DNA of 44,715 bases from a virus (Duplodnaviria; Caudoviricetes): the IMG/VR virus record IMGVR_UViG_3300037755_000740, positions 1 through 44,715 of that record; one strand, written 5' to 3'. Shown here one piece after another: positions 7,601 to 14,862 of this stretch. Position numbers and translations under genes: made by a program. Within the stretch, counting starts at the first letter, position 1. The number at the start of each line of letters is the position of its first letter. The notes beneath the pieces were generated by a model. The model saw nothing but the letters and a program-made list of their open reading frames with translations. It was not told where the DNA came from and made no database searches.

Positions 7601-8415
7601 TCGTCCTTCGGCCCACCATTCTTCCGCGCGAATCCATCCTCCTCTACGGCCCACAAGCCACCGGGAAGTCATCCGCGATCCTCTCCATCGCACGCAAGGT
7701 AGAAGGGGACTTCTACGTCGTCGACACCGACTACTCCTACGACCGACTGCTCGCGACCGAGTTCACTGACCTCGCGGATCGCGTCCACGTGAACTACGTC
7801 GACGATCAGGACTGGGCGAATCAGCTCGAGGTCGCGGAGAGTACGCGCGCGGAGTGTGGCGATGACGACTGGTTCGCCTACGACTCGACAACCCCAACGT
7901 GGGACGCGGTGCAGGCGTGGTTCACGGAGCAGGTGTACGGGAAAGACGAGGCCCAGTGGTACATCGACATGCGGACTTCGACGCAAGGTGATCGGGAGAA
8001 AGGGAAGAAGAACCCCGTTGACCGGCTGAACGACGACAAGTGGCCGACGATCAACAAGCAGTACAAGAAGCTGCACAGAGTTTTCATGCCCGGCGCGCTG
8101 CCGGGCCGGCGTGGACCATACCGCGGGCACATGATCTTGACATGTGAGGCGACGAAGACGAGCGCCGAGTTCGACGACAAAGACACGAAGAACATCTTCT
8201 CCAACTACGGCTACAAGCCGAAGGGCCAGAAGAGGGTTCCGTATCTGGTGGCAACGGTGATCTTGCTGAACAAGCTGAGAAGTGGTGGGTACGAGGCGAC
8301 AAGCATCAAGGACCGAGGAAGGGAGGAGTTCGAGGATCTGGAAATCTCGAGCGACTTCGCGGACTGGTACTTGAGGCGGGTCGCGAAGTGGCGGATGACG
8401 AAGGTGGAGGGATGA
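7597..8415 (+). CDS. AAA-family ATPase, Sak4-like recombinase
   Basis: ILLYGPQATGKSS, VVDTD, FAYDS, HMILTC; next to a PD-(D/E)xK exonuclease. Confidence 0.7.
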   Translation: MIVLRPTILPRESILLYGPQATGKSSAILSIARKVEGDFYVVDTDYSYDRLLATEFTDLADRVHVNYVDDQDWANQLEVAESTRAECGDDDWFAYDSTTPTWDAVQAWFTEQVYGKDEAQWYIDMRTSTQGDREKGKKNPVDRLNDDKWPTINKQYKKLHRVFMPGALPGRRGPYRGHMILTCEATKTSAEFDDKDTKNIFSNYGYKPKGQKRVPYLVATVILLNKLRSGGYEATSIKDRGREEFEDLEISSDFADWYLRRVAKWRMTKVEG

Positions 8416-8981
8416 CCGCAAAGATGAAACGCGTCCTGATGCTTGGTGCGGGTACGCGCCGTCAGTTCCTCCCCGTTCCACCGACGCGCGACGACTTCTG
8501 GATGTCCACGCGCGAAGACGAGACGGACTGGCAGCTCACGTGTGTCGACAACAACCCCGCGCACGCTGACACCCACGTGCTTCACGACCTGAACAACATG
8601 CCATGGCCGATGAAGGACGACCTCTATGACGAAGCCCACGCGTATGAGATCCTCGAGCATCTCGGCCGGCAAGGTGACGCGCGCGCGTTCTTCGACTGTT
8701 TCTACGAGATCTGGCGTGTGCTGAAGCCAGGTGGCTGGCTCGTGGGTACGTGTCCACGATTTGATTCGCAGTGGGCGTGGGGTGATCCGTCACACACGCG
8801 CGTCATCACGCCGGGAAGCCTCCTATTCCTCGACCAGACGGAATATGACCAGGTCGGGAAGACGCCGATGAGCGACTTCCGTGGGATGTGGCGCGGAGAC
8901 TTCAAGACGGTGAAGCTGATCATGGACAACAACACGATGGGCTTCTGGTTACAGGCCGTAAAGCCCGCGAAGAGCGTGTGA
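8412..8981 (+). CDS. Class I SAM-dependent methyltransferase
   Basis: LMLGAG motif I, HDLN..PWP, YEILEHL, EIWRVLKPGG, AWGDPSHTR. Confidence 0.85.
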   Translation: MTAKMKRVLMLGAGTRRQFLPVPPTRDDFWMSTREDETDWQLTCVDNNPAHADTHVLHDLNNMPWPMKDDLYDEAHAYEILEHLGRQGDARAFFDCFYEIWRVLKPGGWLVGTCPRFDSQWAWGDPSHTRVITPGSLLFLDQTEYDQVGKTPMSDFRGMWRGDFKTVKLIMDNNTMGFWLQAVKPAKSV

Positions 8982-9205
8982 TGATTGATACACCGGCACC
9001 ATTCACCGGCCCCATCTTCCGCAACGGCCACCTGAGGTGCAACACTTGTGACTGCCCCTTGACGCAGGGCATCCACAACATCGACGACGCGTGCGCGTGT
9101 CGTTGTCACGAAGCACCGCGTCTGTACCGTCGTCTAGCGAGGGAGCCTATGTGCCCACCAAGCAAATCACTCGAGGAACAGGGATCGTCCGAGCAACAGT
9201 CGTAG
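8981..9205 (+). CDS. Small Cys-rich hypothetical protein
   Basis: TGATG coupling; CNTCDC, CACRCH. Confidence 0.55.
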   Translation: MIDTPAPFTGPIFRNGHLRCNTCDCPLTQGIHNIDDACACRCHEAPRLYRRLAREPMCPPSKSLEEQGSSEQQS

Positions 9206-9711
9206 GAGCCGCTGTCATCGCGGTCTGCACGTTGGGGTGGAAGTTGAGCATCCCCGACGCCGACCCGCAACGACGGACCGAAGCGACCGCCGAGAGAAGA
9301 GAACCAAGTTGGACAGAGTGGCGAATGAGTTTGCCTACAACGACGACGACTACGACGTTGCCACCTCCCCCACCGACGACGGTGAGTACACCGACCCCAA
9401 CGACGCCTGCCTCAAGTACCCACCACGAACATCCGGAGACCCAATCTATGAGCCATTCCGGTGAGTGGGACGGCTCGGGAACACCTTGCGCGATCCCGCA
9501 GTACATCTGCGACCGCGAAAGTGGTGGCGACCCGACCGTTTACAACCAACAGGGTTCGGGTGCCAGTGGGAAGTACCAGGCGATGCCGGGGACTTGGGGC
9601 GGGTACGCGGGATACGCAAACGCAGCAGACGCGCCAGAAGAAGTGCAAGACCAGTGGGCCGCGGAGTTGTGGGATGGCGGTAACGGTTGCGCGCATTGGT
9701 CCGCCTGTTAG
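9151..9711 (+). CDS. Secreted/membrane-anchored Rpf-like (resuscitation-promoting factor) lytic transglycosylase
   Basis: N-terminal hydrophobic helix, Pro/Thr linker, ICDRESGG (catalytic Glu), ASGKYQ..PGTW, AADAPEEVQD, terminal W..C; GTG start with GAGGGAG RBS. Confidence 0.85.
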   Translation: MPTKQITRGTGIVRATVVGAAVIAVCTLGWKLSIPDADPQRRTEATAERREPSWTEWRMSLPTTTTTTTLPPPPPTTVSTPTPTTPASSTHHEHPETQSMSHSGEWDGSGTPCAIPQYICDRESGGDPTVYNQQGSGASGKYQAMPGTWGGYAGYANAADAPEEVQDQWAAELWDGGNGCAHWSAC

Positions 9712-9735
9712 CCGACAAGAAAGAAGGGGAACCAC

Positions 9736-10170
9736 ATGTGCCACATCGGAGTCAACATCAAAAAGGTCCACGTCTGGTCGGTCACGAAAGGGCCGCTCGG
9801 TGTAGTCAACCGAACGAACGCTGAACCGGAGAGCCTCAAGCTGTTCTTGAAGCAGTTGCAGGAAGACGAGTCGGCCGACGTGGTACTGCGCGACGCCGCG
9901 ACGGACATCGGGTTCAGCGAGGAAGACACCCGCTGTCTGGGTGAGAACTACCTCGACGGTGCGTTCTGGCCCGACTTCCCCGACTTCGGAGAAGAGCTAC
10001 GGGCTGCCGCGATCTACGGCATGGAACGCGCGCTCGCGAAGAACAAGCGATTCGTGACGGTCATCACGCAACTCCCCGACCTGCCGCGTCCGTGGGTGAA
10101 GGTCATCGAGTTGTACACCGAGGTCGTCTTGCAGTTCTTCCTGCCGGCAGCTCCGATCGATCCGACATGA
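9736..10170 (+). CDS. Hypothetical protein
   Basis: GAAGGGGAACC RBS; high-GC3 codons. Confidence 0.75.
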   Translation: MCHIGVNIKKVHVWSVTKGPLGVVNRTNAEPESLKLFLKQLQEDESADVVLRDAATDIGFSEEDTRCLGENYLDGAFWPDFPDFGEELRAAAIYGMERALAKNKRFVTVITQLPDLPRPWVKVIELYTEVVLQFFLPAAPIDPT

Positions 10171-10505
10171 CGAACCTGATCGACCAACAGTTTCTGCTCA
10201 TCAAGAGCATCGCATCGGGAGCGTCGCTGGAATTCAGCGACTGGACGAGTCAGTGGTACGTCTCGGCCAGCATCGAGATCGGGGGTGATGGTGTGCTCAT
10301 TGGCATAACGGAACACCGTGAGACACCCGAGCTGGCGGTGAGCGCGTTCCTCGACGCGATGCAGTCGGTGGAGTGGCCGAGCCACTACCTCGTCACCGAC
10401 TCCTACAAGGACAAGCGGCGAGAGTGGCGTTGGAACGGCACTGCGTTCACCGACTGCACTCGTCAAGAGGTTCTTGATCGTGCGCGGGTGAAGGATCCGT
10501 CATGA
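10167..10505 (+). CDS. Hypothetical protein
   Basis: ATGA overlap at both ends; MTNLIDQQFLL... Confidence 0.7.
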   Translation: MTNLIDQQFLLIKSIASGASLEFSDWTSQWYVSASIEIGGDGVLIGITEHRETPELAVSAFLDAMQSVEWPSHYLVTDSYKDKRREWRWNGTAFTDCTRQEVLDRARVKDPS

Positions 10506-10840
10506 TCACGGACGGACTCGCGGCCTCCCTGCTCATCAGACGGATGCAGAGCGTGTCGTACAAGCCGGGTTGGCAGTTCAAGCCGATGTTCGACCGGACG
10601 AAGGGCCGGGTGCTCATCGACGTACAGGCCGACATGGATTCGGCGTACCACCCTGGGGAAAGAGCGTCGATCAGTAAGCGTCTCGTCGTCACGTTCCCGT
10701 ACGCGCTGGCGAAGCCCGACGCGTTCAGAGATTGGCTCGGCGCTCAACTCGACGACATCGAACACCACGAGACCCGCGAGTGGATCAGGCTCGACGGTGA
10801 GCAACTGTTCGAGATGCACCCGGAGCAGCAGTCAGCATGA
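10502..10840 (+). CDS. Hypothetical phage protein
   Basis: SYKPGWQF...EHHETREWIRLDG..F..H pattern recalled from actinophage proteins; coupled overlaps. Confidence 0.7.
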   Translation: MITDGLAASLLIRRMQSVSYKPGWQFKPMFDRTKGRVLIDVQADMDSAYHPGERASISKRLVVTFPYALAKPDAFRDWLGAQLDDIEHHETREWIRLDGEQLFEMHPEQQSA

Positions 10841-11109
10841 GCGGATCGGTAGAAGCGTGGAAGGCGGCGATCGAAACCCCCTTCTTTGAGGGCGACGGGC
10901 CACTGCTTGCCGCGGGTGACGCGCTCGCTGCGGAGTTGGACGCCGAACGTGCCGAGCATCGTCGCACAGCCGAACGATGGGACGAGGAACGCCGCAAGTG
11001 GTACGCCGAACGGGAGAGGCTGGTCGCGCAGTTGGCGGCCGTAGACCAGGAGCCGAAGGAAGCTGAGCGGGTCTACAAGCAGGTCTGGCGAGCGAGGCGG
11101 CGGGGATGA
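10837..11109 (+). CDS. Coiled-coil hypothetical protein
   Basis: ATGA overlaps. Confidence 0.65.
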   Translation: MSGSVEAWKAAIETPFFEGDGPLLAAGDALAAELDAERAEHRRTAERWDEERRKWYAERERLVAQLAAVDQEPKEAERVYKQVWRARRRG

Positions 11110-11294
11110 GGCCGTGCCCTGTTTGCGAGGGTCGCCCTCCGTGCCCACCGAATGAGGCAGCGTGGCATCGCGTCTACCAGGCGCTACAGCATCGCACTGA
11201 GCAGCGAGACGAAGCCCTTGCACGGGTAGCGGTCCTCGAGGACGAGTTGGCTTCCCGTCTTCCGCTGGTTATTGCTGTCAGAAACGAGCAGTAA
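11106..11294 (+). CDS. Small hypothetical protein
   Basis: ATGA overlap; CPVC. Confidence 0.55.
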   Translation: MRPCPVCEGRPPCPPNEAAWHRVYQALQHRTEQRDEALARVAVLEDELASRLPLVIAVRNEQ

Positions 11295-11393
11295 TGCGAC
11301 GTCACTGGATCGAGCACGAGTAGGTCACCTTACCCATTGCCTCGAGCTCGTGTCCGCGCCACGATAAGCAACCCAACAAGTGAAGGGAACACC

Positions 11394-12107
11394 ATGAACG
11401 CGATCAAGTATCTGAAGACAGTGATCGGTGCCGTGATCCTCGCCGTAGCAATTGCTGGACTCCTCGCCATCGGCGTGATGAACGCAGGCGCCACCGGTCC
11501 CGGCACGCACGAGACCAACGGCACCGAGGACTACACCGGTCTCGAGTTCTGCGTTCCGATCACCGGCGAGCTCTGTGGCCCCGAGGGTCTCGGCCCGCCG
11601 GTCGAGGCCCCACATTTCGAGACCATCGACGAGGTGTCGAACCTGTGCATCGACCCCCCGTCCTTCGTGGACATCACGTTCCGGTCGAGCGACGGTCAGG
11701 TCATCGTCAAGAACTACGACGGTGAGTACCAGTTCCACGGTGTGTCGCACACCTGCATCCCCGTCAACCCGCCGGTCTGCGTGGACGACACGAAGGATGT
11801 CCACATCGAGTGGTGGGCAAATTGGAATATCGGTGCGGGCGACTCGGAACGTCTGGTCATCGACATCGACTGCACCCCTGAGCCTCCTGTCCCGCCGGTC
11901 GAGCCTCCGGTTGAGCTTGCTCCGCCTGTCGTAGAGACCGCGATTCCGGTGGAAGGCGAGACCCCTGCTCCTGCCGGCACACTGCCCATCACGGGCTCGA
12001 ACACACCCGAGATGATCCTCACCGGTCTAGGTCTCCTGGCTGTCGGCTTGGCAGCTCGGCACTTCAGCCGGAGTGAGAAGCGTTCTGCGCTGGAAAAGGA
12101 GGCGTAG
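11394..12107 (+). CDS. LPxTG cell-wall-anchored (sortase substrate) surface protein
   Basis: Signal peptide MNAIKYLK...NAGA; Cys-containing domain; Pro-rich stalk; LPITG + hydrophobic helix + basic tail; GAAGGGAAC RBS. Confidence 0.85.
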   Translation: MNAIKYLKTVIGAVILAVAIAGLLAIGVMNAGATGPGTHETNGTEDYTGLEFCVPITGELCGPEGLGPPVEAPHFETIDEVSNLCIDPPSFVDITFRSSDGQVIVKNYDGEYQFHGVSHTCIPVNPPVCVDDTKDVHIEWWANWNIGAGDSERLVIDIDCTPEPPVPPVEPPVELAPPVVETAIPVEGETPAPAGTLPITGSNTPEMILTGLGLLAVGLAARHFSRSEKRSALEKEA

Positions 12108-12139
12108 GGTGAACAGCAACCAACGAGGGGAGGAACCAC

Positions 12140-12232
12140 GTGGCTCGACGACTGAAGATCACGCTCATCACCGCGGCACTGTCCGCAGCGGCATTCATGG
12201 CAATCGCCGCACCGGGAGTTCGTCGCCGATAG
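12140..12232 (+). CDS. 30-aa hydrophobic, signal-peptide-like micropeptide
   Basis: GGGGAGG RBS, GTG start; MARRLKITLITAALSAAAFMAIAAPGVRRR; below the ORF-track cutoff. Confidence 0.6.
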   Translation: MARRLKITLITAALSAAAFMAIAAPGVRRR

Positions 12233-12280
12233 GAAGCACCTCGGCACGAAGGCTGTACGTCGGACCCGCACGCTGGGTCC

Positions 12281-12739
12281 GTGTATCTAGATAGCCGATC
12301 CTTTTGGCGCTTGCTGGCACGTATCACGATCAGTGATGCGTGCTGGCTCGCGTCTGGAGGGCAATTCAATGGCTACGTGCAATTTCAGGCCAACGGCAAA
12401 CGAGAGATAATCCATCGCGTGATGTACAAGGAGTTCGTTGGTCCCATCCCCGAAGGGCTTCAACTTGATCACTTGTGTCGCGTACGAAACTGCGTGAGAC
12501 CCAATCATCTCGAACCGGTTACGGCACGTGAAAATACCTTACGGGGGACAAGCCCGGCCTCCGTCAACGCGACTAAAACACATTGCAAGTACGGCCACGA
12601 ATATTCCCCGGAGAACACTGAAGTTATCCGCACGACTGGTGAACGACGATGCATCATCTGTCGAAGGAAGCATGACCTCGAGTGGTACTACGCCAAGGGC
12701 CGAGCGAAGCGGATGGCAAAGCGAGGTGCGTCATTTTAG
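12281..12739 (+). CDS. HNH homing endonuclease
   Basis: CWL...GY, HRVMY, LDHLCRVRNCVRPNHLEPVTAREN, THCKYGH, RRCIIC; lower GC than neighbours. Confidence 0.92.
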   Translation: MYLDSRSFWRLLARITISDACWLASGGQFNGYVQFQANGKREIIHRVMYKEFVGPIPEGLQLDHLCRVRNCVRPNHLEPVTARENTLRGTSPASVNATKTHCKYGHEYSPENTEVIRTTGERRCIICRRKHDLEWYYAKGRAKRMAKRGASF

Positions 12740-13389
12740 TGGCGCCCACGGAACCGCCGTCTCTGCGCGCGCTGGGCCGTACCTCCATGCAGCCCGAGTA
12801 CTTCGGATGTGACGTGCTGATGTCCGTGCAGAAAGGCCAGTGGCATGGCATCCAGAGGAAAGAAATGGGTGACCTACTCGCGAGTCTGTCGGACGGGAGA
12901 TTGGCGAAAGAGCTGGCACAGATGAAACGTTGTCATTCCGCGAAGCTCCTCATCGAAGGAACTCCGAAATGGTCGAACGACGGTGAACTGCTCGGGAACG
13001 GGTTTGGACAGAGGTTTACGTTGACGCAGTACCGTGGACTGGTGTTCTCGGTGCTGAACCGGGGGATTGGTGTACTGCATTCGCGCGGGTTGAACGACAC
13101 CATCGCGATCGTGCAGTCGTACGAGACATGGGCAAAGAAGGAGAAACATGCGAGTCTTGATGCGCGTCCAGGTCCAATGTCAGTGTGGGGCAAACCTGGG
13201 AACGAAGACTACGATCGACACCTCGTACAAGGAATTCCAGGAATCGGTCCTGAACTTGCTACGCGAATCATCGAACGCTTTGGGTTGCCCTTCATGTGGC
13301 GTATCCAACGTGATGATCTCCTTGCGTTGAAAGGTGTCGGCAAGAAGAAAGCCGAGCAGATCTGGCGCGCGATTGAGAGGGACGGATGA
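12739..13389 (+). CDS. ERCC4 (XPF/Mus81-like) structure-specific nuclease with tandem HhH motifs
   Basis: GCD, IQRK...DLLASLSDGRL..EL, LLIEG; IPGIGPELA and LKGVGKKKA HhH motifs; start uncertain (GTG 12739). Confidence 0.8.
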   Translation: MAPTEPPSLRALGRTSMQPEYFGCDVLMSVQKGQWHGIQRKEMGDLLASLSDGRLAKELAQMKRCHSAKLLIEGTPKWSNDGELLGNGFGQRFTLTQYRGLVFSVLNRGIGVLHSRGLNDTIAIVQSYETWAKKEKHASLDARPGPMSVWGKPGNEDYDRHLVQGIPGIGPELATRIIERFGLPFMWRIQRDDLLALKGVGKKKAEQIWRAIERDG

Positions 13390-13665
13390 GTGAAGAAGAA
13401 CGACCCGATGACGGAAGCGGTGAGTCGGTGGGCAGCGTGGGACCGGAAGCCGAGCAATCGCGCGAACGTGATCTCGATGGACGAGTCACTCGTGAAACTC
13501 ATGGACGCGTCGACCTCTGGCGATCTGAGGTGGGTGAGGGAGAAGCTAGCGACATGGAGGCGAGCGGGGATGACGCGGAGAGAGTGCCTCGAGCGTCTGA
13601 CGCGGCTGGTCTCCTTGAGGTCACGCGAGGGATCTGGGACTTCGCGCCGCGGTGGGTTGACTTGA
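13390..13665 (+). CDS. Hypothetical protein
   Basis: High GC3 in this frame, preferred over the overlapping frame starting at 13386. Confidence 0.6.
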   Translation: MKKNDPMTEAVSRWAAWDRKPSNRANVISMDESLVKLMDASTSGDLRWVREKLATWRRAGMTRRECLERLTRLVSLRSREGSGTSRRGGLT

Positions 13666-13859
13666 GCTGCGGCCACGACGAAATCGTGAACTACACCAGC
13701 GCGCCACATCTGCCTCGAGCCCTTGGCGACACGTGGTTCTGCTTCAAGTGCAACGCGAATGTCATGGTCTTCGGTATCGCGTTCACCGAAACCGAAGCAC
13801 CTGCGTTCGATATTCTTCGCGCGATGATCAACGCGGTGAACGGAGCCGACGATGAGTGA
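13662..13859 (+). CDS. Small zinc-ribbon-like protein
   Basis: TTGA overlap; SCGH...WFCFKC; start uncertain. Confidence 0.5.
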   Translation: MSCGHDEIVNYTSAPHLPRALGDTWFCFKCNANVMVFGIAFTETEAPAFDILRAMINAVNGADDE

Positions 13860-14100
13860 AGAGAAGAAGCATTCTCTGTTCGACGCCTACGTCGAGGGGT
13901 TCCGCATCAGCGGTGAAGGCTGGAACGGTGAGTACCCCTATGGCGACAAGGGCATCAACCCGAGCGAAGACCTGCGTGAGTACTTCGACCGCTGGCTCGC
14001 AGAGAAGGACCGTGAACCGCAACCTGGCGACGGTCCCGAGTACCACGAGGACCACGCCGCATGGGTGCGTCGAGAGAAGGACCGTTCTCTACCCGACTGA
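13852..14100 (+). CDS. Hypothetical protein (last gene of the + arm)
   Basis: GGAG RBS; GFRISGEGWNGEYP. Confidence 0.7.
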   Translation: MSEEKKHSLFDAYVEGFRISGEGWNGEYPYGDKGINPSEDLREYFDRWLAEKDREPQPGDGPEYHEDHAAWVRREKDRSLPD

Positions 14101-14310
14101 CGAGTGATCCGAAGGCTGCACGTCTTCTACATCCATCGACAGATACCTCGCGAGCAACGCGCGGTTCATTGGTGTGATCCGTCGCCGGCCAGCGAGATAC
14201 TCGGTCAGCAACCGTGGTGAGATCCGACACGCGGCAGCCACCTCGTACGTTCGGAGGCCGAGCTCCTGAATACGCCGGCCGAGAGGTGTCGAGGTGTTGT
14301 GTGGTCTCAT
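14089..14310 (-). CDS. XRE/Cro-type HTH DNA-binding protein
   Basis: LGLRTYEVAAACRISPRLLTEYLAGRR helix-turn-helix. Confidence 0.8.
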   Translation of the reverse strand: MRPHNTSTPLGRRIQELGLRTYEVAAACRISPRLLTEYLAGRRRITPMNRALLARYLSMDVEDVQPSDHSSVG

Positions 14311-14576
14311 TTGAACTCCGCTGGTGTGCAGTTCGCGTCGCGTCGTAGCTGCCTGATCGCCGGAGCAACATCCGGCGCGGTGAGATCGACCCCTGACTGC
14401 GTGAATGCCTCCAGGAATCCTTCGCGGAGATCGTTGATTTCACCGCAGAGGAACGCCAACTGCTCACCGCGGTCCACTCGTTGACGTCGAGTGATCACCA
14501 GATCTCGAATCACCAGCGGCGGTACCGCCAGCGCCACAATAATCAACACGGCGACGAGCCAACGCATGCGCGTCAT
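14307..14576 (-). CDS. Membrane protein (N-terminal TM), possibly lysis accessory
   Basis: WLVAVLIIVALAVPPLVI helix; two Cys. Confidence 0.65.
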   Translation of the reverse strand: MTRMRWLVAVLIIVALAVPPLVIRDLVITRRQRVDRGEQLAFLCGEINDLREGFLEAFTQSGVDLTAPDVAPAIRQLRRDANCTPAEFK

Positions 14577-14577
14577 G

Positions 14578-14856
14578 CTACTTCACGATCAGATTCCCGA
14601 CGAGAGCACCCAAGACTCCGATCAGCGTTACAAGGACCGTGTACATGACTCGCTGCAGTCCTTCGACCTTGCCTTTGACCTCGGAGTGCTGCTTCTCGTT
14701 CTCGGTTCGAAAGGCGGAGATGGTCTCTTTCACGTCAAGCTCAAGCCGATCGATCTCCCGGTCGTGTCCGTCGAGGTCACCTTCTACCCATCGCACACGT
14801 TCGTCGACAGGTAGATTGGCGCGGTCACGGACACGGCTCACAGGTAGCCCCTTCAT
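14578..14856 (-). CDS. Coiled-coil protein with C-terminal TM, possibly lysis accessory
   Basis: Heptad pattern then VMYTVLVTLIGVLGALVG. Confidence 0.65.
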   Translation of the reverse strand: MKGLPVSRVRDRANLPVDERVRWVEGDLDGHDREIDRLELDVKETISAFRTENEKQHSEVKGKVEGLQRVMYTVLVTLIGVLGALVGNLIVK

Positions 14857-14862
14857 GGTCGG

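Noticed and set aside
4826-8481. Long - strand ORFs (4826..6547, 6354..7310, 7669..8481) and similar antisense ORFs elsewhere
   Set aside because: Shadows of high-GC3 genes on the opposite strand; no RBS or motifs
13386-13661. N-terminal half of ORF 13386..13859 as coding (dual-frame gene)
   Set aside because: Codon bias favours frame 13390..13665; only the 3' part of the longer ORF looks protein-like, although the ATGA overlap at 13386 leaves some doubt
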